A DNA stretch of 63,307 nucleotides, counting the filler, from Craspedostauros australis (Eukaryota), in the NCBI GenBank assembly GCA_030167865.1. It is 10 parts of 10 records of this genome, joined end to end, with 100 filler letters (N's around TTAATTAATTAA, not from the genome) between each part and the next. Parts side by side here need not be neighbours in the genome. Positions count along the whole stretch, not along the records: positions 34,469 to 37,916 come from JALAGF010004847.1; positions 38,017 to 48,570 come from JALAGF010004849.1; 8 more parts are not named here. One strand, given 5' to 3'. Shown in pieces: positions 36,893 to 48,110 of this stretch. A program made the translations under genes and the position numbers. Numbering within the stretch: the stretch's first letter is position 1; every line of letters starts with the position of its first letter. A model generated the notes under the pieces. It searched no databases. It had not been told where the DNA came from and saw only the letters and a list, made by a program, of their open reading frames with translations.

Positions 36893-37719
36893 TTCTTGTT
36901 GTTCGATTTCTTGCGTTCTGGGCAATCGGTGGATCTGTGACCATACACACCACAGTTGTGGCAGGTCCCCTTGAAGTTACCGGTGCTTGTGAAGCCGGTG
37001 TCGTTGCTCTTCGTGTTACTGTCTTGGAAATCGTCGACGTATGCCTTTCCGCCTTGATGCGTGGCGTGTGCTTCATGGAGTACTCCTCTGATCGTGTTGA
37101 TGGTGACCACTGTCGGATTGAACGTGAGTTGGTGGTTGAAACTCACGACGTGTGTTCTGTATTCCACGCTTACTGTACTGAGGATCTGCATGATCATCTC
37201 CTCGTCCGTGATTGTGTATCCGACATCGTGGAGACGTGAGCGTAGTATCTCGAGTCGCGTGATGTAGACGTTGGGGTCCGAGTCTCTCTTCATTTTTTCG
37301 TTATTGAATTGACGCTTGAGTTTGATCTTCGTCACCGCATCGGATGGTCGGAACTTCTCCGCGAGAACGTTCCATGCCGTGTGTGGATTCCCCTCAGGGT
37401 AATCGTCGGAGATGCATTGGTTGATGTACTGGATGGCCTGCTTGCCCTTTCCCTTCTCTGCATCCATCATGAGGATCAGATCGCTGAAGCAGTCGCATCC
37501 CAGTTCGTAGGTTTCTTCCATCGCTTCCTTGGCCTCGCCGGCGGCTGCCGCGATCTCGCTCATGGTTGGCACCTTGGTCTTGCCCAACATCACGTCTCTC
37601 GTCTTCTGTGCACGAGCGTATGCCTTCGCTTGGGACTCCCATGCGCTGTAGTCTTCCTGTTCACCGCTGAACATCGGCGCCTTGATGCGTCGCTTGTTCG
37701 TGTTGGCTGGTGTCGCCAT
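34469..37719 (-). mobile_element. Ty1/Copia gag-pol 5' part (second family), inactivated by two in-frame stops
   Basis: Gag (FSGEQEDYSAW, UBN2-like helices), two CCHC knuckles (CHNCGVYGHRSTDC; CNYCGIFGHREAEC), protease DT*LADSGASCH, integrase HHCC-like LHRMLGH...CRDC, and core FIDIS...DNSGE...PQQNGRVE. Stops at 35593-35595 and 34855-34857 are in the same frame. Confidence 0.9.
36842..36891 (-). repeat. (AAC)n microsatellite encoding poly-Asn between the two zinc knuckles
   Basis: About 16 tandem AAC codons. Confidence 0.9.
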
Positions 37720-38822
37720 GTTGATTCGTTGTTTCGTTGTTGGTGCGCTCGCGCCCTTGATTTCCGTCTGTTTCTGTGTTGTCACTTTTTCGATTTTCGC
37801 CTGTTGTTGCGCGGAGATTGTTTTCGTCACAAATTCTCCTCCTGGTGGTGTCTCACTTTTACCACCCTGTTTGGCTGTGCGAATGCTCTTCGTCACACCA
37901 GTCTCCTCTTGCTTGANNNNNNNNNNNNNNNNNNNNNNNNNNNNNNNNNNNNNNNNNNNNTTAATTAATTAANNNNNNNNNNNNNNNNNNNNNNNNNNNN
38001 NNNNNNNNNNNNNNNNGGATTAAATCACGAGGCTGTGCTTCAGGGTCATTTTCGGAGTTTCTCCATGATTCTCCCAACAGTGAAACTCGAAGCTATGACC
38101 TACGAAGAGTTCCTGAGAACGAAAATATGAATCGAGAACTTTCTTCTCGGGACAACAGTTGTCATCGCCAATACAGAAAGCTCTGATTGGCTGGGTCAGT
38201 CACATCGCATATTGACTAATTCGACCCATTTTGCCGGGTGTCCCGGGTCCCCCTTCCAAAAACGACTGGACAATGACGGTGGCGACTGTGATGACGATGA
38301 CCGCAACTCGTGCACAAGGACCGTCCACGTTCTCCCTCCACATCGACAACCATTTCAGTACCAGTGCCAGACGAGCGCTGTGATCTTCCTACTATACGAT
38401 CACTATCCAACGCTGCCTTTGCTTCATTCCTCCCTGATTGTTGAGAGGTTGCATCCAAATCAAACGGAACGTCATTGTGAACCAGTCTTCATTCACATAC
38501 TCAACTCAACTCAACTCAACTTAACTCCACACACCTCCACTCAAGGATAGATACCAACGCGCAAACAACGAATCAACGAACAAACCGAATCCTCGCCAAA
38601 CCGCACAAAGCATCTCGTTTGTGTCTTTGTGGGCGCTAACACGAACACCAGAATCAGTCAGCATTCATCGCCGTCTTTGTCATTGCCTTTGGCATTGTCA
38701 TTGTTGTCTATTTTGCACAACCAATCCATAGTCGTACCACAGCACTCTACTCTGAAGCGAAACGAAGTGAGGCGAAGCACACCACATCATCCATTCCACA
38801 CCCACCAACGCACCACCGCATC

Positions 38823-40661
38823 ATGGCCGTCCATCATCGCAACCGCGTGCAGAACCCGTTCGCACGTGGAGCACGTCGCACGGTCGGGTATTCCGACTAC
38901 AGGTACCGACAGATGCATGGCAGTGCTGGAAAGTCATCGGGGATGCGGTCCAAATTGGTCTTTTTGGCGGTTGCGGCAATCGCGTTGCTCATCTATTCCG
39001 CCATCGTTGCACCAGCATCGCCCGATACTTACAGCAGCAGTCTTATCAGGAACAATGCTGCTATGAGTCAGACCACAACAGCCGCAACAACAGCCGCAAC
39101 AACAGCCGCAACAACAACAGCCGCAACAACAACAGCCGCAACAACAACAGCCGCAACTACTACTACTACTACCACCACGACAGTTGCCGCCACCACCACT
39201 CCACCCAACACCGTGGCTCCCGGCAATCAGAGTGATGGAGGGTCTCAGGCTCCGCCACCAGTACAACCAGGAGAGAATCAAGCGCAGCTTGGAGGTACGG
39301 GCACAAGTGGCCACGGCCAACCATCCAATCCGGGGCTACCAGATTCTGGTGAAGGAAATTATGATGACACAGACTACTTTGAAGACAAAACGGACCTTCT
39401 CACCAACAAAGACGGCAAGCAACATGATCCTTCTGGCGCAGAGATGGACCCTTCCGTGGCTACGTCTGGAGATGACACTGATCCTGATGCTGGCAACAAT
39501 GGAGACCCAAATGATCCTGCCACCGCCAGCACTGGAGACCTAAATGATCCTGTCGCTGCCAGCACTGGAGATCCTGCCACCGCCAGCACTGGAGACACAC
39601 CTGATCCTGATGTTGGCGACAATGGAGACCCAAATGATCCTGTCGCTGCCAGCACTGGAGACCCAAATGATCCTGTCGCTGCCAGCACTGGAGATACACC
39701 TGATCCTGCCACCGCCAGCGCTGGAGACCCAAATGATCCTAATGTTGGCGACAATGGAGATCCAAATGATCCTGCCACCGCCAGCGCTGGAGACCCAACT
39801 GATCCTAATGTTGGCGACAATGGAGATCCAAATGATCCTGCCACCGCCAGCGCTGGAAACCCAAATGATCCTAATGTTGGCGACAATGGAGATCCAAATG
39901 ATCCTGCCACCGCCAGCACTGGAGATACACCTGATCCTAATGTTGGCGACAATGGAGACCCAAATGATCCTGCCACCGCCAGCGCTGGAGACCCAACTGA
40001 TCCTAATGTTGGCGACAATGGAGATCCAAATGATCCTGCCGCCGCCAGCACTGGAGACACACCTGATCCTGATGTTGGCGGCAATGGAGACCCAAATGAT
40101 CCTGCCGCCGCCAGCGCTGGAGACCCAAATGATCCTGCCACCGCCAGCACTGGAGATACACCTGATCCTGCCGCCGCCAGCGCTGGAGACCCAAATGATC
40201 CTAATGTTGGCGACAATGGAGACCCAAATGATCCTGCCACCGCCAGCACTGGAGATACACCTGATCCTGCCGTCAATTCTGGCAACGCAACTGATCTAAC
40301 TGACAACGTGTTGCCCGATGTGACGAGTTCAACGCTAGTTTCTGAAGGCTCGAATAGCTCAAAGGTCGTAAAACCCACACCAGAAGCAACTGAGGATGTG
40401 GTACCCACAGAAGCACCAAAACCGAACACAACAAAGGAATCCATTGCAGAGAGCCACCCTGCTCATCTCGACGGCAACAGCACCAGCATTTCCACCAACG
40501 CTACAGCGATTACGGACGAAGGTGCGGGACAACCTCAAACAAACGAGACATCGACCAACACGACGAAGGAAGGGAATCTCCGTGGAACAGCTGATGACGA
40601 CAAGAACAAAAAAGCAGGTGGATGGCCATTCTCGGGCATGTTCTCCAAGACGCAGAGCTAA
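38823..40661 (+). CDS. Type II membrane/secreted low-complexity protein with a Thr/Ala tract and acidic GDPNDP tandem repeats
   Basis: 612-aa intronless ORF. TM segment LVFLAVAAIALLIYSAIVA, TTAA repeats and 11/22-aa repeats. Confidence 0.8.
   Translation: MAVHHRNRVQNPFARGARRTVGYSDYRYRQMHGSAGKSSGMRSKLVFLAVAAIALLIYSAIVAPASPDTYSSSLIRNNAAMSQTTTAATTAATTAATTTAATTTAATTTAATTTTTTTTTVAATTTPPNTVAPGNQSDGGSQAPPPVQPGENQAQLGGTGTSGHGQPSNPGLPDSGEGNYDDTDYFEDKTDLLTNKDGKQHDPSGAEMDPSVATSGDDTDPDAGNNGDPNDPATASTGDLNDPVAASTGDPATASTGDTPDPDVGDNGDPNDPVAASTGDPNDPVAASTGDTPDPATASAGDPNDPNVGDNGDPNDPATASAGDPTDPNVGDNGDPNDPATASAGNPNDPNVGDNGDPNDPATASTGDTPDPNVGDNGDPNDPATASAGDPTDPNVGDNGDPNDPAAASTGDTPDPDVGGNGDPNDPAAASAGDPNDPATASTGDTPDPAAASAGDPNDPNVGDNGDPNDPATASTGDTPDPAVNSGNATDLTDNVLPDVTSSTLVSEGSNSSKVVKPTPEATEDVVPTEAPKPNTTKESIAESHPAHLDGNSTSISTNATAITDEGAGQPQTNETSTNTTKEGNLRGTADDDKNKKAGGWPFSGMFSKTQS
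39468..40272 (+). repeat. Coding minisatellite: 33-bp units of two subtypes forming a 66-bp period
   Basis: The GTTGGCGACAATGGAGA motif recurs at 39744, 39810, 39876, 39942, 40008 and (one mismatch) 40074. It encodes GDPNDPATASA-GDPNDPNVGDN. Confidence 0.92.
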
Positions 40662-40840
40662 AGGTATTGATCGCCTAATGCATCTGTGGTTATTATGTCT
40701 CTTTGCATACGAGTAGCATTGGGATTTCGTTGCATGATTTTGATGCTCTGCCTACTTTTGGTTCATGCGTAGGGACAGGAGTACGATCGTGACACTGCGC
40801 TGCGCTACCCTCCCTCCTCATGCCAGCTGCATACGCAGAC

Positions 40841-42112
40841 TCAGTTCCAAGATTGCGATGTGGTCACGGTCGCAATGTGCGTGGGTGCGTCAGCGGACTC
40901 GAACAATCGCAGCACATCCCCAATGTCCACAACCGAGTTCTCTTCCTGCAGACAGCTGGCAGATCCACATGCCAAACCAAATCCAAAGGCCGCGATCATT
41001 TGGGCGACGCGTTCGTCCGAGACCTTGGCATTATTCTGCTGCGTGCTCTCGACGCTGCCGCTGAGCTTCTTGTAAATCTGCGTGCTGAGTATGGGAACGT
41101 CTGCGTCCACTGCGTTGTCTTTCACGAGACTATTCCACGCAGCCAGCGTACCGGCCGCCACGGAATCTCCCGCACCAATCGGAAACAGCGTCTTCTGTTT
41201 CAATGTCGGCACTCCAATTTGGAAGACCTCCAATGCGGCAGAATCGTCTCCGGTGCCACCCACAAAGTACGAAGGATTCTTGCCATCTGTGATGGCCAAT
41301 CCGCACAGCGCCTTCGATGCATGTGGTGCGAATTTCGTGAAGAAAGCATCAATGGCGGTTGTCAGTTCCGATACCTCAATCCCGTCCACCTCGTTTCCCT
41401 GCTTGGCCACGCCGGCCAACTTGCAAAGCTCCGACGCGTTGACCTTGAAGATATTGCGCCCCGTGCCTGCTGCCATCGCCTCCATCAGCTCCTCGGTGCC
41501 CACCATCGAATCCACCACGCACAGGGTCTCCTGCTGCGCGACGCGCCGATAAACCTCGGCATACGTCGTCGGCGCGCATCCCGGCGGCATGCTTCCCATG
41601 ATGCACAGGGCCTGCGCGACGCCCAGCTTCTGAGTCAGCAATTCCTGCATCTCTTCCTGGCTGATAACGCCGCTGGGTTCCACCAACTCCGTCGTGACAT
41701 CGTGCGCCACAATGGAGGTGCAGGTCCGCAACGCCGCGCCCGATCGCACGGTCTGATCGTCGCCCAATCCGCGCTGTTGCAGCAACGTCATGACGGTGTC
41801 ACCGGCCGGGCCCTGTCCACAAAATTGGGCCAGCGTCGCCGTGTTGTAGCCGAGGCAGCTCAAGGTGATCGCGACATCCTGTCCTTTGCCGCCGATGCCG
41901 GTTTGCATTTGCGTGGCGCGGTGGACGTTGCCGGGGATGAGGGAGTCGTCAGGTGGGAGGATGAAGCGTTTTTGCAGCGCGGCGTTCAGGCCGACGACGA
42001 TGGTGGATGGAGCGTTGTTCGTGATGGTGCTGGCTGTTGCCGGTGTGGTTGTTGATGATGTCGCCATGGCAGCCGCGAAGATTGGTGCGAAGGTGGATGC
42101 AAAGAAGACCAT
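40841..42112 (-). CDS. PfkB/ribokinase-family sugar kinase (1-phosphofructokinase / tagatose-6-P kinase-like)
   Basis: VVGLNAALQK, GIGGKGQDVA, RTCTSIV...TELVEP, GSMPPG, KVNASEL, ITDG and PfkB signature FPIGAGDSVAAG. Confidence 0.88.
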   Translation of the reverse strand: MVFFASTFAPIFAAAMATSSTTTPATASTITNNAPSTIVVGLNAALQKRFILPPDDSLIPGNVHRATQMQTGIGGKGQDVAITLSCLGYNTATLAQFCGQGPAGDTVMTLLQQRGLGDDQTVRSGAALRTCTSIVAHDVTTELVEPSGVISQEEMQELLTQKLGVAQALCIMGSMPPGCAPTTYAEVYRRVAQQETLCVVDSMVGTEELMEAMAAGTGRNIFKVNASELCKLAGVAKQGNEVDGIEVSELTTAIDAFFTKFAPHASKALCGLAITDGKNPSYFVGGTGDDSAALEVFQIGVPTLKQKTLFPIGAGDSVAAGTLAAWNSLVKDNAVDADVPILSTQIYKKLSGSVESTQQNNAKVSDERVAQMIAAFGFGLACGSASCLQEENSVVDIGDVLRLFESADAPTHIATVTTSQSWN

Positions 42113-42688
42113 TCGTGCAGCTGAGAGAGTGCAGAGTCGAGTGGTGGAAGTTTGAAGATTGGATTGAATTGAATTGGATTGGATTGAATGAGATGATGAG
42201 TGTGCCATTGATGACAGAAGAGGTGGAAGATTCGTTTGTGTGTGGATCTTCCATCGAAATGGTGTCCGGTTGTGGCAGACGTGCGTTGGTCGAACGAATC
42301 GAGCGTTTTTCTGCGGGCTACAAGCATTCAGGCTTGGAGAGAAGGCGAGAAGGCTGTGTCTCTCCTTGTGGGACGGATGGTACGCACCCCTGATTACGAA
42401 GCAGATTCGTCGCTACTCCGTGGCCCAAAGTAGGAGGCAACTTTGGGTCTGCTAATGTCTCCTCTATCTTTGTTTCTCTTGCAAGCACACGTCCATGCAT
42501 GCTTCACTCATGCCATCCATGGAACCCGAGCGCAACAAGCATCAGGATCTCAACAATCTCATTGTGGCCGTCTTGGTCCCGGCCACTTGCAAAATGCTCA
42601 ATGGCGAGGTTCGTAAGTTTACCAAACCTAGCCAGCCCTATGTTAGCCCCATACATGATTGTTTCGATACTCCAGTGTGCGCCATCCT

Positions 42689-44422
42689 TCATGCTCCGAT
42701 CTTCTTCGGAACCAACTGCGCGCCAATTGTTTGCAATGTCAACGAGTATTGCACATGCCCTTCGCTCGCAATTTCGAAGTCGTATTTGGACAGCAAGGTT
42801 GCCAAGACTGTCTCCATCTCCACCTTGGCCACGTACTTGCCCAAGCAGCCACGAGGTCCATTGGCAAAGTAGGAAAGCTGTGTGGGCACCGTAGTCGACT
42901 TGGTCTTTTTGTTGTTGTTGGAATCCCATCGAGATGGAATGTACTCATCAGGATCCTCAAAGTACTTGGGATTGCGGAAGGAGGGAAAGAAGGAAAGGAG
43001 AGCGATGGAACCCTTGCGTAGGAAGAACGTGCGTTGCTTGGTCGGACGGCTGACGTCGCTGTCGCTGTCCGTGCTGCTGTCCTTGCTGCTCTTGTCCTTG
43101 TCGGTATCGTCGGCGATCGTGTACATCCAATCCTTCCCGATCCATCTGGCGACGCCCATCGCGGCAACAGGCGAAAGTCGCATTCCTTCCTGGATCATCC
43201 ATTGCAGTTCGTCGATAGAATGCAGCTGTCTCAGTTTGCTCTTGTCTGTGGATTTCGGAGACGGCGATGAGGTGTTGGCTGCGATCTGCTTCGCTTTGTC
43301 GCGGAAGGTCTGCAGCTCCTTGGGGCTACTACGTGCGATGTGCATGAGCGTGTGAGAGATCGAGTATGCAGTGGTATCGTGCGCAGCAACCAACAAAATG
43401 ATGATGTCCGCTGCGCGTCCCAGGTCATCAGCATACGTCACATTTTCCATGATGCGTCGAATGATGGTGTCCTTTGGCGCAGTGGCTTTTGTTGTTGCTG
43501 ACGATGATCTGTGCAAAGATGACGATCCGCCGATGCTATTCATCTCGTCGTAGTATGCCTTGTGTTTGACGCGATAGTTATCGATCAAGCGCAATGCAAA
43601 CTGTTGCAAGAACTTGGTCGATCGCTTGGCCTTCCAGACCGCGGGGAACAACCATGGCATGTACTTGTGGAATTGATCCATGAAGATGAGTTCCGTTGCC
43701 GCGATCTGCAGGTGATGCTTGAACAGCTTGAGATCTTCATCGTCGATGATATGGTCCTCATCATCGAGCACTGATTCACAAACAATGCGCAGGGTGAGGT
43801 ATATCGTTTCCTCACCAATGTCGAAAGCGGTACCACTCCTGGCACAGGGTTCCACCACATCGTCAATCCATTGATTCAGCTGCGTTTGGCAGATGGATTG
43901 GATGCGATCCAGATGCGATTGCGAGAAGCATCCTGCGACGGCCTTGCGTCGATTCTTCCATTCCGTAGATTCAGTCGAGAGGATGGACTTCTGGTCATGG
44001 CAGAGTCGATCGAATTCGCGGTAGCCGGGTGACTTGAGCGTGGTGGGATCTGTCATGACATCGAGCGCGAAGTTGGCATCCCCAATGACAGTGAGGTCGT
44101 AGGTCAGCCTGTGGTATGCGAGCGGTGCGATGATCGGGAGCTTCATGCGCATGACCCATGGCGTATCTGCCGCTGCCTTGTCATCATCAGATGAGCGCCC
44201 CAGCTTCTGGAAGATCTTGTAGACGAACTGCGGCCCATCCAGGGCGGAGATCCCGGCCACTGTCTCAATCAAGCTCACGTTGGGTGCGAGCGGTGCAAGG
44301 TAGGCATCTCGCGGCTCGTGATAGACAAATTGGTTCAGCAGCTTGTTGAGGATCAGCGCAGCCAGCGCCGTCGCACCAACCAAGCTCGAAAGCTGCAGTG
44401 TTGCGATCAGCAATGGTATCAT
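42689..44422 (-). CDS. Cytochrome P450 (tandem copy A)
   Basis: N-terminal TM, WKNRR (WxxxR), I-helix AAHDTT, EGMR (ExxR), PSRW, heme motif FANGPRGCLG. Intronless. Confidence 0.95.
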   Translation of the reverse strand: MIPLLIATLQLSSLVGATALAALILNKLLNQFVYHEPRDAYLAPLAPNVSLIETVAGISALDGPQFVYKIFQKLGRSSDDDKAAADTPWVMRMKLPIIAPLAYHRLTYDLTVIGDANFALDVMTDPTTLKSPGYREFDRLCHDQKSILSTESTEWKNRRKAVAGCFSQSHLDRIQSICQTQLNQWIDDVVEPCARSGTAFDIGEETIYLTLRIVCESVLDDEDHIIDDEDLKLFKHHLQIAATELIFMDQFHKYMPWLFPAVWKAKRSTKFLQQFALRLIDNYRVKHKAYYDEMNSIGGSSSLHRSSSATTKATAPKDTIIRRIMENVTYADDLGRAADIIILLVAAHDTTAYSISHTLMHIARSSPKELQTFRDKAKQIAANTSSPSPKSTDKSKLRQLHSIDELQWMIQEGMRLSPVAAMGVARWIGKDWMYTIADDTDKDKSSKDSSTDSDSDVSRPTKQRTFFLRKGSIALLSFFPSFRNPKYFEDPDEYIPSRWDSNNNKKTKSTTVPTQLSYFANGPRGCLGKYVAKVEMETVLATLLSKYDFEIASEGHVQYSLTLQTIGAQLVPKKIGA

Positions 44423-44801
44423 GGTTAATGCGTCACCCAACGCTGATGGTGAATGTGAGTACAATGCTCTGCTCTGTGATGCTTTTATGATCAAGTTGCA
44501 CTTCGTGTGGTGGAATGAAACAAGTCATCAACAGAAATCTGTTCTGTGTTCGTTTGGTGGGGCTGCCTGTGCAGTATTGCATCGGTGTGCCTCTCCTCAT
44601 CGTATTGCCCCTGATGGTGGCGCATACTCTAGTCCGCCATTTTGCCGCGGATCCCGAGGAGTCGCTTGTCGAAGAGCCTTTGAAGAGTTGCGGTAGAATT
44701 GAATATATTTCACATTTCAATACTATGTCAGGCCATTCGTCTAAAAATTGAAAGATCCAGCGAGCACGAGAAGATCGCAACGCGAATACTACTCGAAGCA
44801 T

Positions 44802-44840
44802 GACCAAAAGGCACCGCATCAGCAGGACGACAAGGAGATG
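44802..44840. promoter_or_regulatory. Conserved upstream block of P450 copy A (matching block at 47543-47580 for copy B)
   Basis: GACCAAAAGGCA-N7/6-AGCAGGAC(G/A)ACAAGGAGATG occurs 380 and 454 nt upstream of the two start codons in otherwise dissimilar flanks. Confidence 0.5.
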
Positions 44841-45349
44841 GCAACTCGTCGCCTCCTGCAGGCTTTCCATGAGTGGTGAAGCTTGTTGGTTGGCACACCA
44901 ATGGTGCAGAGAGTATCCAGGATGAAGCAATTGTAACGCTGTTCCTCGTTGCGATCCGTTTACTTTACAGTAGTATTAGTACAGTGCTTGGAACCATTCA
45001 TTTTGGCAGCTTGTGCTGTGTTTTTTGTTGGTCTCATCGCCATTGTTATTGCGGACTGCATGGACGCCAATCATTCCTCCGGAGAGAGGATCCACATCAT
45101 CAGCAACAATAGCTCCACCTGTTTCAGCATCCGTGGAAACCACACACAGCAACGACATCACTGGAACATCCAGACCAACCAACCAACCAACCAAAGCCCA
45201 AGGAAAATCACAATCTCAACATTGCATTGAGGTCGTCTTCGCCCTGGCATATTAATTCTGATCTTCCATTGGCAGCGGCTGTGGGCCTACAAAGATCTGT
45301 GTTGACCCTAGTAATGGCACACTCGACTGACTCTGTATACTTGTAGTCT

Positions 45350-47089
45350 CTATGCTCCGATCTTCTTCGGCACCAACTGCGCGCCAATTGTTTGCAATGT
45401 CAACGAGTATTGCAGATGCCCTTCGTTCTCAATTTCGAAGTCGTATTTGGACAGCAAGGTTGCAAGGACGGTCTCCATCTCCACCTTGGCCACGTACTTG
45501 CCCAAGCAGCCACGAGGTCCATTGGCAAAGTAGGAAAGCTGTGTGGGCACTGTGGTCGATTTGTTCTTTTTGTTAGAATCCCATCGAGATGGAATGTACT
45601 CGTCGGGATCCTCAAAGTACTTGGGATTGCGGAAGGAAGGAAAGAAGGAAAGGAGAGCGATGGAACCCTTGCGCAGGAAGAATGTGCGTTGCTTGGCCGG
45701 ACGGCTGACGTCGCTGTCGTTATCGCTGTCCGTGCTGCTGTCGTTGCTGCTCTTGTGTTTGTCGGTGTCGCCGCCGATCGTGTACATCCAATCCTTCCCG
45801 ATCCATCTGGGAACACCCATCGCGGCAACAGGCGAAAGTCGCATTCCTTCCTTGATTATCCATTGCAGTTCATCGATCGAATGCAGCTGTCTCAGTTTGC
45901 TCTTGTCTGTGGATTGCAGTGACGGCAATGGTGATGTGGTGTTGGCTGTGATCCGCTTCGCTTTGTCACGGAAGGTCTGCAGCTCATTGGGGTTATTACG
46001 TGCGATGTGCATGAGTGTGTGAGCGATCGAGTATGCAGTGGTATCGTGCGCAGCAATCAACAATACCGTAATGTCCGCGGCGCGTCCCAGGTCATCGGCA
46101 TACGTCGTATTTTCCATGATGCGTCGAATGATGGTGTCCCTGGGCGCAGTGGCTTTTGTTGTTGCTGACGATGATCTGTGCGAGGATGACGATCCGCCGA
46201 TGCTATCAATCTCGTCGTAGTATGCCTTGTGTTTGACACGATAGTTATCGATCAAGCGCAATGCAAACTGTTGCAAATGCTTGCTCGATCGCTTGGCTTT
46301 CCAAACTGCAGGGAACAACCACGGCATGATCTGGTGGAATTGGTTCATGAAGATGAATTCCGTTGTTGCGATCTGCAGATGATGTTTGAACAGCTTGAGA
46401 TCTTCATCATCGATGATATGGTCCTCATCATCGAACACTGATTCACAAACAATGCGCAGGGTGAGGTATATCATTTCCTCGCCAATATCGAAAGCGGTGC
46501 CACTCCTGGCACAGGGTTCCACCACATTGTCAATCCATTGATTCAACTGCGTTTGGCAGATGGATTGGATGCGATCCAGATGAGATTGCGAGAAGCATCC
46601 TGCGACGGCATTGCGTCGGTTCTTCCATTCCGTAGATTCAGTTGAGAAGATGGACTTCTGACCATGGCAGAGTTGATCGAATTCGCGGTAGCCGGACGGC
46701 TTGAGCGTGGTGGGATCTGTCATGATATCGAGCGCGAAGTTGGCATCCCCAATGACAGTGAACTCGAGGGTACAACGGTGGTAAGTGAGTGGGGCAAACA
46801 TGGGGAGTCGCATGCGCATGACCCATGGTGTGTCCATCGCTGCGTTGGATTCCTTGGACGTATCTCCCAGCCGCTGGAAGATCTCGTAGAGGAACTGCGG
46901 TCCATCCAAGGCGGAGATCCCGAGCACCGTTTCCACCATGCTCACGTTGGGTGCGTACGGTGCAAGGTAGGCATCTCGTGGTTCGTGGTAGACAAATTGG
47001 TTCAGCAGCTTGTTGAGGATCAGCGCAGCCAGCGCCGTCGCACCAACCAAGCCCGAAAGCTGCAGTGTTGCGACCAGCAATGGTATCAT
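45350..47089 (-). CDS. Cytochrome P450 (tandem copy B)
   Basis: Same motifs as copy A; close paralogue along the whole length. Confidence 0.95.
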   Translation of the reverse strand: MIPLLVATLQLSGLVGATALAALILNKLLNQFVYHEPRDAYLAPYAPNVSMVETVLGISALDGPQFLYEIFQRLGDTSKESNAAMDTPWVMRMRLPMFAPLTYHRCTLEFTVIGDANFALDIMTDPTTLKPSGYREFDQLCHGQKSIFSTESTEWKNRRNAVAGCFSQSHLDRIQSICQTQLNQWIDNVVEPCARSGTAFDIGEEMIYLTLRIVCESVFDDEDHIIDDEDLKLFKHHLQIATTEFIFMNQFHQIMPWLFPAVWKAKRSSKHLQQFALRLIDNYRVKHKAYYDEIDSIGGSSSSHRSSSATTKATAPRDTIIRRIMENTTYADDLGRAADITVLLIAAHDTTAYSIAHTLMHIARNNPNELQTFRDKAKRITANTTSPLPSLQSTDKSKLRQLHSIDELQWIIKEGMRLSPVAAMGVPRWIGKDWMYTIGGDTDKHKSSNDSSTDSDNDSDVSRPAKQRTFFLRKGSIALLSFFPSFRNPKYFEDPDEYIPSRWDSNKKNKSTTVPTQLSYFANGPRGCLGKYVAKVEMETVLATLLSKYDFEIENEGHLQYSLTLQTIGAQLVPKKIGA

Positions 47090-47914
47090 GGTTAATGCGT
47101 CGACCGATTGTTTTTGATGTTGCCGATGCTGATGATGATTTTTTATGTTTCTGATCCAGCTGCGCTATGTTGCATCCGAGCGGAGAAGGTAATTGACGAC
47201 GAACCAGTTGTCTCTCGAGCTTCCCGAGAATCCGGATGCGTACGAAAGAGCCAGCTCTGCTTGCGCAGGCACTGGATGCTTCGCTTGTCCCTTCGTCATC
47301 GTGGCGTCCTGTTGGAATGTGTTGGTATCGTGGCGCTCAAAAGGTTGTGGCTTGTGGTTTTGTTGTCGCGTGTCATTTGTTGGTCTTGGAGGCTTTTTCT
47401 TTCTTCCACCAAATCACGACAAAAGTCGCGCATCCAAGGTTTCGAAAGTTGCGGTAAATTAATATTAGTTTTGTTTTCGAGGCTGACCGTCGACACACGG
47501 AAAGGTCTGACGATCAAAGGGAGACTGTGATGCGGATCTCACGACCAAAAGGCAAAGTAAAGCAGGACAACAAGGAGATGAGCTGGTGCGGACCGGAGGG
47601 GGGATTCAAATCCTTCGTTGACGCATGGTGTGGGGTCTGTGCCTTTGTGGCTGCACATGAGTAGTGGAGTGTGCTGGTGGGTGCAACTCCAGTGGCGCAG
47701 AGAGTAGCTGCCGTTGCGCTGTTTCTCGTTGCGATCCCGATTTCCAATGGCCATGTATAATAGTCGCGCTCTGGATCACTTGTTTTTACAGCTTGTGATG
47801 TGTTCTTTCGTCAACATGGGAAGCGCGGTAAAGACACCACATGTGTCGATTTGTACTTTATTCACGCTTGAAGCGTGTTCTGCCGTGCTTTGTTCGTTGG
47901 GATCATCGACTCAT

Positions 47915-48110
47915 GCGACTACTAAAGCACGCCTTTCCCGTGTCGGCATGACGTTGCGCTTATTAACGTACGTGCTCGACATGTCCTGCACTGTGTGCCA
48001 ATGCCAACGACGTCCGCTTTGCTCTCCTTCCACCCTTTCGTGTCTGCTCCAAGACAGCGCCATTCCCAAACCCGCTACGTCACGTTGCCACCTTTCGACC
48101 GTGACAGCCC
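47915..48110. repeat. Dispersed repeat, homologous in reverse orientation to 57730-57940
   Basis: Shared runs such as AGCACGCCTTTCCCGTGTCG and CGTGCTCGACATGTCCTGCACTGTGTGCCAATG. Confidence 0.75.

Noticed and set aside
39374..40444. Repeat region open in three frames (356-aa antisense ORF, 251-aa MILPPPALETQ ORF)
   Set aside because: A stop-free 33-bp unit is open in several frames automatically; only the 38823 frame has a start context, TM and unique flanks.
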